Shown one piece after another: positions 28,026-40,893 of a DNA stretch of 64,000 nt. Under the pieces are notes generated by a model that searched no databases, was not told the origin of the DNA, and saw only the letters and a program-made list of their open reading frames with translations. Numbering within the stretch: the first letter of the stretch is position 1; every line of letters begins with the position of its first letter. The stretch spans positions 67,248,023-67,312,022 of the forward strand of contig NC_068984.1 of assembly GCF_001194135.2 (NCBI RefSeq), in the 5' to 3' direction. The position numbers and the translations under genes are program-made. This DNA comes from Octopus bimaculoides (taxonomy: Eukaryota).

Positions 28026-28152
28026 AAACTGAACGTGATTGCTCGAGCAACTGAAAGTAGTAACCAAATCATCTTCAGTTCTCACCCTATCATATTCGCT
28101 GGGAAGTTTACATTGGATGATGGAACCTTGGAAGTATTCCTGACGAAGAGAA
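28026..28152 (+). CDS. Candidate coding exon (KLNVIARATESSNQIIFSSHPIIFAGKFTLDDGTLEVFLTKR); alternative start at 28079
   Basis: Polypyrimidine tract followed by the first AG at 28024-28025, or tcttcag at 28076-28078. 42 open codons, donor gtcagt, phase-compatible with 28699. Confidence 0.45.
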
Positions 28153-28698
28153 GTCAGTTTGGACAGATCTTCAATATTGTTCATCATATGTGTCTACATA
28201 ATCGGAACTAATTTTGAGCGAAAGAATATAAACAACATGTCTCTTTTCTATACCGAAATATCTTGAAATGATATTAATTATTAAACTTTTGCCATGCGCT
28301 ACAGCTTATATTTACTCTCAACGCTATGGTGAATACAAAACATCTTATTAAGGCCTTGAGAAGTTCATTAAATCTCTTTATTACCAGATATGGTTAATTT
28401 ATGTTTCGATGTCGATTCGATATTGTTTTAGTGCAAATTATTTATCTATCTTTACATCATTTAGATAGAAGTAGGACAACGTGACTGATGGAAAAAAAAT
28501 AAATAAAAAGAATAAATAAATAAATAAAAAGAAGAATGAAATAATTGTCGACTGCAGTCATCCAATAGCCAAGTGGTGGTATTTAACGAGGTGACAAATT
28601 TCATCTACCATTCGATAGCAAACGGAAGTGAAAAAATCTAATACACAAAAGCATAACACTTTAAAAATACCAGACTATTATAAGTACCAATCCTATAG

Positions 28699-28822
28699 AA
28701 ATACTAAACTCATTAATATTTGATGCACAAAGACGAATTTTTATTGGAAATTGTAATCGGTCGTTGGAATCCTGGTTTCCACTTATATCAAACTCAAGGG
28801 AGGAAATGCAAAATACATCACG
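28699..28822 (+). CDS. Candidate coding exon (ILNSLIFDAQRRIFIGNCNRSLESWFPLISNSREEMQNTS)
   Basis: Acceptor cctatag, consensus donor CG|gtaagt, open frame phase 1 to 2, compatible with both neighbours. Confidence 0.5.
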
Positions 28823-29423
28823 GTAAGTTTAGAACTTTAACCAACAGCAAGATACTAATCTACGCGCACTAAATCTGTCAATGGGGTTCTGCACACTCTA
28901 GTCATTATCTTTCTGACACTTCCATTAGTAGCTTCCATTCTTTATTGACTTTCTCGTCATAACAACTTCAATTAATAGTTAGAAATTCAAAAATTTGTTT
29001 CTGGAACCACCAATTCACCGTTTAGTATAATATGAAATAAAATCGATTTTTACGAAAAAGAATTCGAGGTTATTAATAAAAACAAGAAAACAAAAGAAAA
29101 ATCCCATAATAAAATAGAGAACAAAACTACACCTGTCACTGTGACTATTATCCAGGGTTTCACTGAGTTCTCACGTATTCTCGCCAAAGATGTGTACATA
29201 GCACCGTACCCGCCGTTCCTTTGACCTTTAACATCATAGTGCGCATCATTCTCATTACGTTAATTATGAACAATATTAACATCATTCTAGCCTGTCACAG
29301 CCACCATGCAGATTTATTTCAAGACAGCAATCGCAGTACAACCATATTTTCTGTTGTCAATGAGTTATCATCAATTATGCTATTGTCAGTCGCTTAATCA
29401 TTGTTATTTTCCAACGGTTTTAG

Positions 29424-29509
29424 ATTCCTGCAGGAATACTTTCCCTCAGTTCGAAATGCACAATTTGTCATTGCTTGTCATCACGATTACACACTTGATA
29501 TATCTTATG
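29424..29509 (+). CDS. Candidate coding exon (FLQEYFPSVRNAQFVIACHHDYTLDISY)
   Basis: Acceptor ttattttccaacggttttag, donor gttaga with an in-frame stop immediately after, open frame phase 2 to 1. The minus-strand frames here are closed. Confidence 0.5.
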
Positions 29510-31777
29510 GTTAGAATGAAAGGGGATTCTTTGACAAGCTAATGAGCCATTCCTGGGAATGTGAGAGAAGTATAGAAAAATAATACTCTCACAAGCCAGA
29601 GAAGAAAACAAAAAAACGCAGGAGTTATTAGAAAGAAGAGAAATCGTCTACAACAGACAAGGAAAATAAATATTTCTGAGATAAAGTGATATGACAAATA
29701 CGTTTATCGCATGCATTTATAGCATTCATATTTCAAAATGTATTTTTATCCAATCAACATTGCGTCAATCTCTTTGAAGGAACGTATGGTATGTTTATAT
29801 TTTGTTTCGTGAAACATCGTACTATCAGATCAATACAAAGTGACTTGGCTATTAAACCATATATTGCCTTCATTCTAAATATTTCACCCGAAAATATCTC
29901 ATTATGCAGCAAATAATTGTTGTCATAGTTTATATAAATATTAATAGGATTAAGAAGAACAATAAAAATATGAAACAAAAAACAAAGAACTGAACCTAAG
30001 AGGAGAATCGATTAATTCATCAAACATATACAGTTATTGCAAGTACTCTAATAAAACTAACCGGATTGTCAGGCTCAGTTACAATTTGAAATACGTTAAA
30101 ATGTATTTCATAGGTCAAATTAATAGTAAATGAAGTGTTAAACGAATCTGGGGTGCTTGGAAATGTTAACACAGTTCACACATGAAAATATATATATAAA
30201 TAGGGGTTCTTTACAGTTAATAGAGAATATAATTCTTATTACGAACAGAAGAGAGCAATGCTTATAAAAATTTATGATAATTTGTCAGCATTGTAAATTT
30301 GGCACATATATATAATAAGCAGGATAGTTGCAGGATTAATAAACCAACGACCATTATTAACTGATTGTGAACTAATTACCGTTAGGGTCAGGAAGTAGGT
30401 CAATAAGGTTCTCAGCATCATGATAAAAAAAATGCTAATTTCATACACAGGTGCAGAACCTCTGTATTTACGAAAGAGACGAAAGAATTATGTTGTGAAG
30501 TTGGCGTCTTCTAATGACATGAGTGAACGTTAAAGATATTTGGTATCAATAGAGAATCAGCATTATGTTCATATCTTCATTTCGATGAATTTATTATTGA
30601 TTTCCTTTCACTAGATAAAAGTTCAAACGCGGAACTGGAGGGGCGTAGTTTTATTAAAGTGATATTTCTCGTACATATGTTATCGACATCCAAAGGTAGA
30701 AAAGAGTAATATAATATAATTTTAACTAAGAATCGACAAGAATTAAACAATTTTAGATCAATAATGTAGGCCTTCGTAATAGAGTTGTCTCACACACACA
30801 TTCATGCGTGCGTGTATGTATATACATATGTATACATACACACATACACACACTCATGTACGTAATTTTATAATTTAAACAAAAATGAGCTGGAGGAAAT
30901 AACGCGGAGTGGCTTGTGGCATTTAGTCTAACAACATAGAAGAATACAGGTATACCCGATACCACATAACATAAATTCTTAATTTATCAAAATTATCTCC
31001 GTTTCTAGAGGCTGTGTCATAAGTACCAAATAGGAATGAAGATCAACTCCACTTGAAAAGGGTGAAGAAGAATACTAGACATCAGGAATTCTTCAAAACT
31101 GACATGTAATTAAGGAAAAAGGCAAGTTTATTGTCTGGAGACATGGAGTCAGTCGTGGGCACATGTTTCTCGTTTAATTACAATCATCAGCACAACAAAT
31201 GTCCGATCTAATCTCCGGTAGTCATACATCCCGTTTACAGTTTTACCCATAAAAGATTCCGCTTTCCATGTGGACAACAACAGTTTTTAAGCTGATGTAA
31301 ACATAAATATACATTTCTCGTACGAGAATTGTTTCCCAAAATTACCTATACAATGGAAGTTCTTCTCATGTCCGAATGCTGTTGAATGTACTAAATACGA
31401 CTTTACACGTACGTATCCTAACCAGAGCTGCTTCGTAACACACTATATATTTAATTCTCGGTTGATCAAGTCTTACGCACACTAGCAAACAAGCCGTATG
31501 CTATTTCAATATGAAAAAATTCCTTCTTGTCAAGAAGTGAATGCTGATCTGGTGCTCCTAGCTGACAAATCGAACAAACGTAGAAACGCATCCGTCTGAC
31601 GATCTCAAGTTCAAACTCCAAACCACAAATGAGTTTGCACACATGTTAAAAAACATAATTTTTCTGCTGCGATTATCTCCGCAGCGGATAATCTGCTGTG
31701 GATTATCTCTCCACATGCATTCCAACGTGTTACATAAAACTTTACGCAAATACATTATATCTAACGCTTTTCATGCG

Positions 31778-31819
<42 letters not shown>

Positions 31820-31855
31820 TATATATGTACATAAATGTCGAACAATGAAAATAGA

Positions 31856-31895
<40 letters not shown>

Positions 31896-32168
31896 TGCCA
31901 GTTTGTCAGTTTCCGTGTTCGTGTTGTGCATGCGTCAGTTCAAAAACTGTTGTGATCTGTGTTATGTCCCTTTATGTTACGTAAATTAACATTCAAACAA
32001 ATAGCCGTTAAAACAAGTACCACACTTAAATATATCCCCTTTTGGATATGATAGTCCAAATCCTCTTAGTAGCTACTCAAGTATGATGAAGGACATTGCC
32101 ATGTACGAAACCAATAAAAGAAATGTGTATGTGTTTGTATAAATATGTACTCGCTCTTTCATGTATAG

Positions 32169-32194
32169 TTGATGTGTGGACTGAATCCGAACAA
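32169..32194 (+). CDS. Candidate 26-nt exon (DVWTESEQ)
   Basis: Acceptor ctctttcatgtatag, consensus donor CAA|gtgagt, phase 1 to 0 continuing from 29509. Confidence 0.3.
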
Positions 32195-32802
32195 GTGAGT
32201 AATCTAAGAAACAGAAAGTTAGCGTCATCAGAATGACAACGAATCTCTTTATATATGAGTAACACATAACTTTTCCAGTACGTCTTAACGCTTTCTTTGT
32301 AAAGCATGTAGTATATGATGTCATACCTGATGTTTGTAAAACGTACAAGTTCTGCGATGTATTGTGACATAGAAGAATTCAGTAAGTTCAATATGATGCG
32401 GGGAGTGAAGATTCTCTGTGTTGGCATGTTATTCAATTGCAGTCTTAAGAAATCACACAGCATTGTCCTATACTTGTTCTCGATCTCTTCGTAATACACG
32501 CATATACACATACATATTCACACGTATGCACATCGTTGTTATTATGTACAACTGCCGTACGTCAGAATTTGGTCAAATGTGTCATTTTTCAATATCTACT
32601 TTTGCTTGCAATAGCCGGTTCTTTTGGTCAAAGTATCGTATCTACTGCTGCTTCTGATGCAAATATATCAAAAATTGTCTAAGTGTAGTACAACAGTTTT
32701 GTTATGAATTAGTGAAACTATTTCTTCGTTTTCTGAAAAAGCAGCATATTGGCATTACAATACTTTTGCACAATATCAACGACATATATTATGCGTTTAT
32801 AC

Positions 32803-33061
32803 ATACTCTTTTACTCTTTTACTTGTTCCAGTCATTTGACTGCGGCTATGCTGGAGCACCGCCTTTTTTAGTCGAGAAAATCGACCCCGGGACTTATTTT
32901 TTATAAGCTTAGTACGTATTCTATCGGTCTCTTGTGACGAACCGCTAGGTTTAGGGGACATAAACTCATCAACATCGGTTGTCAAGCGATGGTGGAGACA
33001 AACACAGACATAAAGACACACACATAGACATGCATACACGCACACACACACACACACACAT

Positions 33062-33114
<53 letters not shown>

Positions 33115-33230
33115 AACACGACGAGCTTCTTTCCGCTTCCGCCGACGAAATCTACTCACAAGGCTTTGGTCAGCCAAAGGGTATAGCAGAAGATAGTCAC
33201 CCATGGTGCCACGCAGTGAGATTGAACGTG
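32803..33230 (-). mobile_element. SINE family A copy with internal (CA)/(TA) microsatellite
   Basis: Reverse complement of the family A tail and body (cttgttccagtcatttgactgcggctatgctggagcaccgcc...tcacaaggctttggtc). Confidence 0.85.
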
Positions 33231-33232
33231 GA

Positions 33233-33304
33233 ACCTTGGGCAAGTTTCTTGTTCTATAGCCTCGGGCTAAACAAAGCCTTGTGAGTGGATTTGGTAGACG
33301 GAAG
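33233..33304 (+). mobile_element. SINE family A fragment, inverted relative to the adjacent copy and running into an N gap
   Basis: accttgggcaagtttcttgttctatagcctcgggctaaacaaagccttgtgagtggatttggtagacggaag. Confidence 0.8.
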
Positions 33305-34307
33305 NNNNNNNNNNNNNNNNNNNNNNNNNNNNNNNNNNNNNNNNNNNNNNNNNNNNNNNNNNNNNNNNNNNNNNNNNNNNNNNNNNNNNNNNNNNNNNNN
33401 NNNNNNNNNNNNNNNNNNNNNNNNNNNNNNNNNNNNNNNNNNNNNNNNNNNNNNNNNNNNNNNNNNNNNNNNNNNNNNNNNNNNNNNNNNNNNNNNNNNN
33501 NNNNNNNNNNNNNNNNNNNNNNNNNNNNNNNNNNNNNNNNNNNNNNNNNNNNNNNNNNNNNNNNNNNNNNNNNNNNNNNNNNNNNNNNNNNNNNNNNNNN
33601 NNNNNNNNNNNNNNNNNNNNNNNNNNNNNNNNNNNNNNNNNNNNNNNNNNNNNNNNNNNNNNNNNNNNNNNNNNNNNNNNNNNNNNNNNNNNNNNNNNNN
33701 NNNNNNNNNNNNNNNNNNNNNNNNNNNNNNNNNNNNNNNNNNNNNNNNNNNNNNNNNNNNNNNNNNNNNNNNNNNNNNNNNNNNNNNNNNNNNNNNNNNN
33801 NNNNNNNNNNNNNNNNNNNNNNNNNNNNNNNNNNNNNNNNNNNNNNNNNNNNNNNNNNNNNNNNNNNNNNNNNNNNNNNNNNNNNNNNNNNNNNCCACAC
33901 ATGTAACTCCATTAATGTATTTCTTTGTATGGGTATATACTGAAAGAGAGTGAGTGAGTGAAAGAGAGAGAGTGAAGGTGAGAGGGAGAAGAGAAAGAAA
34001 GAAAGAAGTGGAAATGCTGAAACATTCTTGTACACATAGTACGTAGCTTATACATGATAGTTTGATATGTTAGAAACAACATCTTATTCCCATAAATCAT
34101 ACCTTACCACCTTAAAAAGAAAAAAGTACGTTGCAGTTGCAATCCTAGATACATCATATCTGAAACAAAAAACTGTGATCTTCCATGAATTGCATTTCCT
34201 CATACATCTTCTTTATCAGAACAAACCTGGACCCAAAGTGCAAAAGACAGCATCAAAAGTAATAATAACCATATCTATCTATCTATCTATCAGTCTGTCT
34301 GTCTATG

Positions 34308-34450
34308 TGTGTGGCTTAGTGGTTAGTGTGTGGGACTCATGATCGATTCCTGGACCGGGCGACGCGTTGTGTTTTTACGCAAATCACTTCATTCCACATT
34401 GCTCCAGTCCATTCAACTGGCAAACATGATTAATCTTGCGACGAAACCCG
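34308..34450 (+). mobile_element. SINE family C-related 5' fragment
   Basis: tggcttagtggttag A box, tcgattcctggaccgggcgacgcgttgtg, ttgctccagtccattcaactggcaaa. Confidence 0.7.
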
Positions 34451-34519
34451 GAAACCGGCGCTTATGAGTCAGTTACGTTACTATTTTTTAAAAAACTATC
34501 TATCTATCTATCTATACAT

Positions 34520-34586
<67 letters not shown>

Positions 34587-34617
34587 CATGTATATATGTA
34601 TATACATACGTACATAC

Positions 34618-34659
<42 letters not shown>

Positions 34660-34754
34660 ACTTAAAATTTATATTTCTTTCACGTGTTCATACTGTTGCA
34701 GTAGTGCTCACAACTTGCGTCAGTATTACGACAGTAATATATAATGCCACGAAT

Positions 34755-34967
34755 AAGGCGTCTAGTTAGCAAAATTGTTAGCACGCCAGGCGAAATGCTT
34801 AGCGGTATTTCGTCTGTCTTCACGTTACGTCTTCAAATTTCGCCGCGATCGACTTTACCTTTCATCCTTTCAGGGTCGATAAAATAAGCACCTGTTGAAT
34901 ACTGTGGTTAATGCAGTCGACTTACCGCTCCCGAAAATTGCTATGTTTGAGTCAAAATTTGAAATCA
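34755..34967 (+). mobile_element. SINE family B copy
   Basis: gttagcacgccaggcgaaatgcttagcggtatttcgtctgtc...cctttcatcctttcagggtcgataaaataag...aaaatttgaaatc. Confidence 0.85.
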
Positions 34968-35569
34968 ATATATAAAAAATAAACGATGGCGCAATCAAAA
35001 GATCAAAGCAATTCAGACTGTGTCCGTCTGATCGTAGTGCCTCATGATCTGCATTATTGAATATGCGTATGCCTTTTATGATGCTAATGTCAGCTATACG
35101 AGGAAAAAATATTTCACATTCCTGACATTACGTAGACGATAAACGATGCATCACTCCTTTAGTCCAATATAAATATGTAATGTGTTTCACAGGTAAATAT
35201 CTGTCAGAGAATTCCTTCTAAAAAAAATAAAATAAAATAAAAGTAAATATACAAGTGCATTCATCGAGGTGAGCTAGAAGCTAGTGATACCCCAAAAAAC
35301 TCATTATTCGTGTACTGTATCCGTTAGGTCGACATACAAGCGCAGAAAAGAATTTGGTGTTAAATAAATATATCGGCATGTATTGCCTTGCTATGCTGCA
35401 AGAACAGAAAATATTCGTCTAGTATATACATTTAACATTCGAGTGTAAGATGCGACATTTAGATCGGAGCGAATTTAATGGTCTTTTTCGTAGAAAAAAT
35501 ACAAATAAGTACATCCGTAACTAATATTAGTTTGCTAAGCATTTTCACAACTCTCTCTCTCGCTTTTCC

Positions 35570-35623
<54 letters not shown>

Positions 35624-36012
35624 NNNNNNNNNNNNNNNNNNNNNNNNNNNNNNNNNNNNNNNNNNNNNNNNNNNNNNNNNNNNNNNNNNNNNNNNNNNNN
35701 NNNNNNNNNNNNNNNNNNNNNNNNNNNNNNNNNNNNNNNNNNNNNNNNNNNNNNNNNNNNNNNNNNNNNNNNNNNNNNNNNNNNNNNNNNNNNNNNNNNN
35801 NNNNNNNNNNNNNNNNNNNNNNNNNNNNNNNNNNNNNNNNNNNNNNNNNNNNNNNNNNNNNNNNNNNNNNNNNNNNNNNNNNNNNNNNNNNNNNNNNNNN
35901 NNNNNNNNNNNNNNNNNNNNNNNNNNNNNNNNNNNNNNNNNNNNNNNNNNNNNNNNNNNNNNNNNNNNNNNNNNNNNNNNNNNNNNNNNNNNNNNNNNNN
36001 NNNNNNNNNNNN

Positions 36013-36073
<61 letters not shown>

Positions 36074-37028
36074 GTATATACACATCACGCACGTACGAAA
36101 TATATAGGAACAGAATTAAAAACATATATACGAAACGGAAATTTATCGTGTCAAAAGGAAATAATCCTGTTAACAGTCGTTGCCAATATTCGCCAATGTT
36201 ACTCTGAGATCGAATAAAAATCTATAATGTTACATTAGTGTATTTTAGATTATTTATTCTTCTAATTCATTTCATATTCCCGCTGTGTAAGACCATAAAC
36301 TATCTTAGAAAGCAACATCTTCAATGCATGAGCATACATACATACCGGACTGTATACATATACATATATGCATATATACATAAAAAACATCTCTCATCTC
36401 TTTCTCTCTCTCTCTGCGTGTATATGTGTATATATGTACGCAATACAAACGCATGTATAAAAATATTTACAAATACACATAAACATAAACATACATGCAT
36501 ATATATATATATATANNNNNNNNNNTATATATACACACACATTCATGCATAGGCATACATATTGGTCGATTGACTCATTTTTCCACTTAGACGAAGTACG
36601 CTTGTGATCGAAAAGGTAAAGCTCAAGTTACTTTCCTTTGGGGATAATAGAGAAATATATACATTTATAGTTAGAGCACACGTGAAGTAAGATAGCACTA
36701 ACAATTATCCTTAATCGTTGTAGAAGCACGGCGGTTATAGATCGTTTTGAAATGTAGAAATATTGAGATGGTAAAAGATTGATAGAATGAGTAACAATTT
36801 AAGAAATATGAGTCAAAATACTGTAAAAAGATAGAACGAATATTGATGAAATATATTGTTTGAATGATAGTGAGAAAGAATTTCTTGACGGAGATATCTG
36901 ATTTATAATTTTGCCTTCTGGATATACACAGATGCACACATACATGCAAACACACTTAAGTACAAATATATGCCTACATACACACACACATGCATATAAA
37001 TAAATACGCATGTATACATACATACATA

Positions 37029-37077
<49 letters not shown>

Positions 37078-37478
37078 CGAAAGACAGTGAGGGGAGAGAG
37101 TAGGAGAGAAAGCGAAGTAGAGAGACAAATAGTCATACTGTCACTGGTATCACATACATTATTTGAAAAATATTACTAGATAAATAGGTTAGACACAAAA
37201 TGCGAAAATTAGAGGTATTGAAAATGGTAAGGATTATTCCTTAGTGAGACTGTTATTGACATACACTCACATGCACACGCATACACACTCATATATACGT
37301 ATGTATATAAGTATATATATATGTATACATTAAATTTTTATAATATTATATATACTATATATGATATTATGTATATCATATATATATGTATATATATGTA
37401 TGTATATAAATATGGATATATATATGTATATATATATATGTATATATATATATGTATATATCTATACACCCCCCCCCC

Positions 37479-37516
<38 letters not shown>

Positions 37517-38637
37517 ACTTTTTCTCGTGAATATTATCTTTTTTTCTCTTTATTCCTTCCTGTTTGAATGTAGTTATTGGTAGTTTTGTTTGTCGACACA
37601 AATTTATATATGTGTATTCTATTCTATGAAAGTACAATACTGCATTTGTTGGTAGCACAATAAAGAAATTCTCAAAAAAAAAAAGCATTCTTAGTTTCTT
37701 ATGGGTATTTTACAAATCATTTTTACATTCATGGCTACATGAAGCGGACTGAGTTTGTTTTTCATGATTTACAATAATACTCCTGTTTCTGTTTCATATT
37801 TAGTCATCGTCTACGACATTCAAAGCTGTTGAAGTTTTGAAATATTGCTTGTGCGTTTCTGTTTAATTTGCCGTTCATTTGCAAACGGATGAAACTTTCC
37901 GATGAATGTTTTTTTACTGCAAATATACAAACGATTAATTCTAAGTCTCTTATTTTCTCTTCNNNNNNNNNNNNNNNNNNNNNNNNNNNNNNNNNNNNNN
38001 NNNNNNNNNNNNNNNNNNNNNNNNNNNNNNNNNNNNNNNNNNNNNNNNNNNNNNNNNNNNNNNNNNNNNNNNNNNNNNNNNNNNNNNNNNNNNNNNNNNN
38101 NNNNNNNNNNNNNNNNNNNNNNNNNNNNNNNNNNNNNNNNNNNNNNNNNNNNNNNNNNNNNNNNNNNNNNNNNNNNNNNNNNNNNNNNNNNNNNNNNNNN
38201 NNNNNNNNNNNNNNNNNNNNNNNNNNNNNNNNNNNNNNNNNNNNNNNNNNNNNNNNNNNNNNNNNNNNNNNNNNNNNNNNNNNNNNNNNNNNNNNNNNNN
38301 NNNNNNNNNNNNNNNNNNNNNNNNNNNNNNNNNNNNNNNNNNNNNNNNNNNNNNNNNNNNNNNNNNNNNNNNNNNNNNNNNNNNNNNNNNNNNNNNNNNN
38401 NNNNNNNNNNNNNNNNNNNNNNNNNNNNNNNNNNNNNNNNNNNNNNNNNNNNNNNNNNNNNNNNNNNNNNNNNNNNNNNNNNNNNNNNNNNNNNNNNNNN
38501 NNNNNNNNNNNNNNNNNNNNNNNNNNNNNNNNNNNNNNNNNNNNNNNNNNNNNNNNNNNNNNNNNNNNNNNNNNNNNNNNNNNNNNNNNNNNNNNNNNNN
38601 NNNNNNNNNNNNNNNNNNNNNNNNNNNNNNNNNNNNN

Positions 38638-38697
<60 letters not shown>

Positions 38698-38814
38698 TAC
38701 ACATAGATAAAGATATTATTATTATTAAATAATTATAAAGTAAGTGGATAGCGAATATAAAAAACAAAATGGTAAATTTATATATTCATGATGAAGGGTA
38801 CAAAATTGTACCAG

Positions 38815-38950
38815 GGTTGCTAGAAATAAGAGTCGAAAAATACCCAAAGAAACCACAATTTCATTAAAAAGTGAAGAAGTTGACAAAACTGAGGAGCAAG
38901 TAGAAAAGCCAACATATCATTGCAGAGGAAAGATGCAAATGAATTTGCAG
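38815..38950 (+). CDS. Candidate coding exon, K/E-rich (VARNKSRKIPKETTISLKSEEVDKTEEQVEKPTYHCRGKMQMNLQ)
   Basis: 45 open codons with coding-like purine-rich composition, acceptor ttgtaccag, donor CAG|gtataa, phase 2 to 0. Confidence 0.5.
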
Positions 38951-38997
38951 GTATAATCATGTCACATGATTTCGAACTCTGAGATATTACTTGTCCC

Positions 38998-39035
<38 letters not shown>

Positions 39036-39038
<3 letters not shown>

Positions 39039-39330
39039 CTTATTGCTTAAGGTATTCTGATCACAATCGTATGGTTGAGAGTTCGAAAACCGGTGTCGCA
39101 TTGTATCCTTGAACAAGACAGTTTATCTTACACGGCTTCAGTCCACCCAGTTGGCAAAAATGAGCAGTACCTGTAACTGAAAGAGCGAACCTTGTGTCTC
39201 ATCCTATGCCACTCAGAATTTTCTTGAGGAATACGTTTAGGATGCGTGTGTCTGTGGAATGCTCAACCACTTGTACGTTGATTTCACCAGCAAGTTTTTC
39301 CGTTGATACGATCAACTGGAAGTCCTGTCT
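39036..39330 (+). mobile_element. SINE family C copy
   Basis: A-box-like tggcttattgcttaa, B-box-like gagttcgaaaacc, and a body matching the reverse complement of 2331-2653. Confidence 0.8.
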
Positions 39331-39419
39331 TCGTACCTGTCCGTGTTCGAATTGTCCTTGCACTGGGGTCATCCGGACTCCCGTTTGCGTCGTGAACAGG
39401 GAGTAATCTTCTCTCTTCA

Positions 39420-39900
39420 ATCCTTTGCGAAACATGGGCTCAACTGTCCTCCCCTCTTCATCTAACTTCCTGCTCTTGCCTCTCTCCCCCTCACACGTAC
39501 TTCCTCCCACCGATTTCACATCTCTTGCTCCGACTCCTACTTCTCTTCACTCCTACTCTCTTTCTCTCTTCTCTCTTTTCTCTCCTACCTGCCTTCTTCT
39601 CCCTTCATCGTCAACCCTCCCTCGTAAGCCCACCCCACCACTGCACATTCCAACCCCACCTTCCCTATACTTCTCATCCCACTCCACCCCACCCCTTACA
39701 CCCACTCTCACATACCCCACCTCCCAACACCATCACACCACACCATACACCAGTACACCATACACCACTACACCATGCCACGCAACACATCACATCACAA
39801 CACACCAGCACTGACCAACTTCCAGCCCCACATTTTCACACCTACACATACACACACGCACACGTCAAGATCACCAGCCCTCTTTCACACACACCTACGT
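39420..39900. repeat. Low-complexity CT-rich then CA/CCA-rich tract
   Basis: Direct reading; it gives the S/P/T/H-rich pseudo-ORFs at 39425-39986. Confidence 0.8.
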
Positions 39901-40440
39901 ATTCTCTTAGACACACGGACGCACACTTTCGTTTTGGGATAACTTCTATTTTATTTTCTCCTATTCTTACTAGCTCTCCTGTGTGACCCTTCTGTCCGGC
40001 ATTCACCATGATAGATCGCTAGCCACAACACATTCTTGTTTTCTCTCCTTGTTTCTTTCCGGGTTCCTTTCTGTGGAAGAGCGTGAGCATTAAACGTTAA
40101 ATAAAGACTTTTTCACTTCCCGGGCATTTTACTAATACATCTGTTTGTTTTCTACACCATCTCTCTTCGTCTTTTGTTGTTTTGTGTACATGCACATACA
40201 CACATGTACACACGCACATACACTCACACGCACACACATATATACCCACGCACGCACAAACACGCACACGCAAATGAACCCACACATACCTCCCATACAC
40301 ACAGCACACACTCATACATACACACACACACAGACCTTGGCGCATGCAGATACTCCCAACACACACATCTCCTTCTCTTGCACTTTCCTGCTTTTGAAAA
40401 GAACTTTTTCTTCACCCTTTCCCTTCCGGTCATTACAATA

Positions 40441-40644
40441 TGTGACCGCGTGTGTATCGTTGGCGATTTTCTTTCTCCGTCTTCCCTTCTTTGAACTTTT
40501 TCTATATTTCTGATGAAGAACTCCGCTTGAAACATGAAATCCTCTTTCTTTTCTTTCCTTTCCTTTCCTGAGCGTCCAATAACACTGGACTTATTCCACG
40601 TCCTCGCGTTGTTGTTTTTTCTTCCTTGCTCATGTCTGGATTGA

Positions 40645-40686
<42 letters not shown>

Positions 40687-40893
40687 AATTCAAACAGGAA
40701 CAAGCAAGAAAAAACACGAAAAAACAACAACACGATGACGTGGAATAAGTTCAGTGTTATTGGACGCTCGGGAAAGGAAAGAAAAGAATGTGGATTTCAC
40801 GTTTCGAGCGGAGCTCTTCGTCAGAAATGTTGGAAAAGTCCAAAGAAGTGAAGACAGAGAAAGAAAATCGCCAACGATGCACACGCTGTCACA
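40441..40893. mobile_element. Inverted-repeat cassette with about 200-bp arms (40441-40646 and 40683-40893) and an (AT)n spacer; Penelope-LTR-like
   Basis: Example arm match: left gagcgtccaataacactggacttattccacgtc versus right gacgtggaataagttcagtgttattggacgctc. Each arm carries a hammerhead-like core. Confidence 0.8.
40794..40828 (-). ncRNA. Minimal type-I hammerhead-like motif with G at the cleavage position
   Basis: AUUU CUGACGA A GAGC UCC GCUC GAAAC GU G AAAU: stem I AUUU/AAAU and stem II GAGC/GCUC. The left-arm copy at 40506-40540 (+) is more decayed. Confidence 0.55.
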
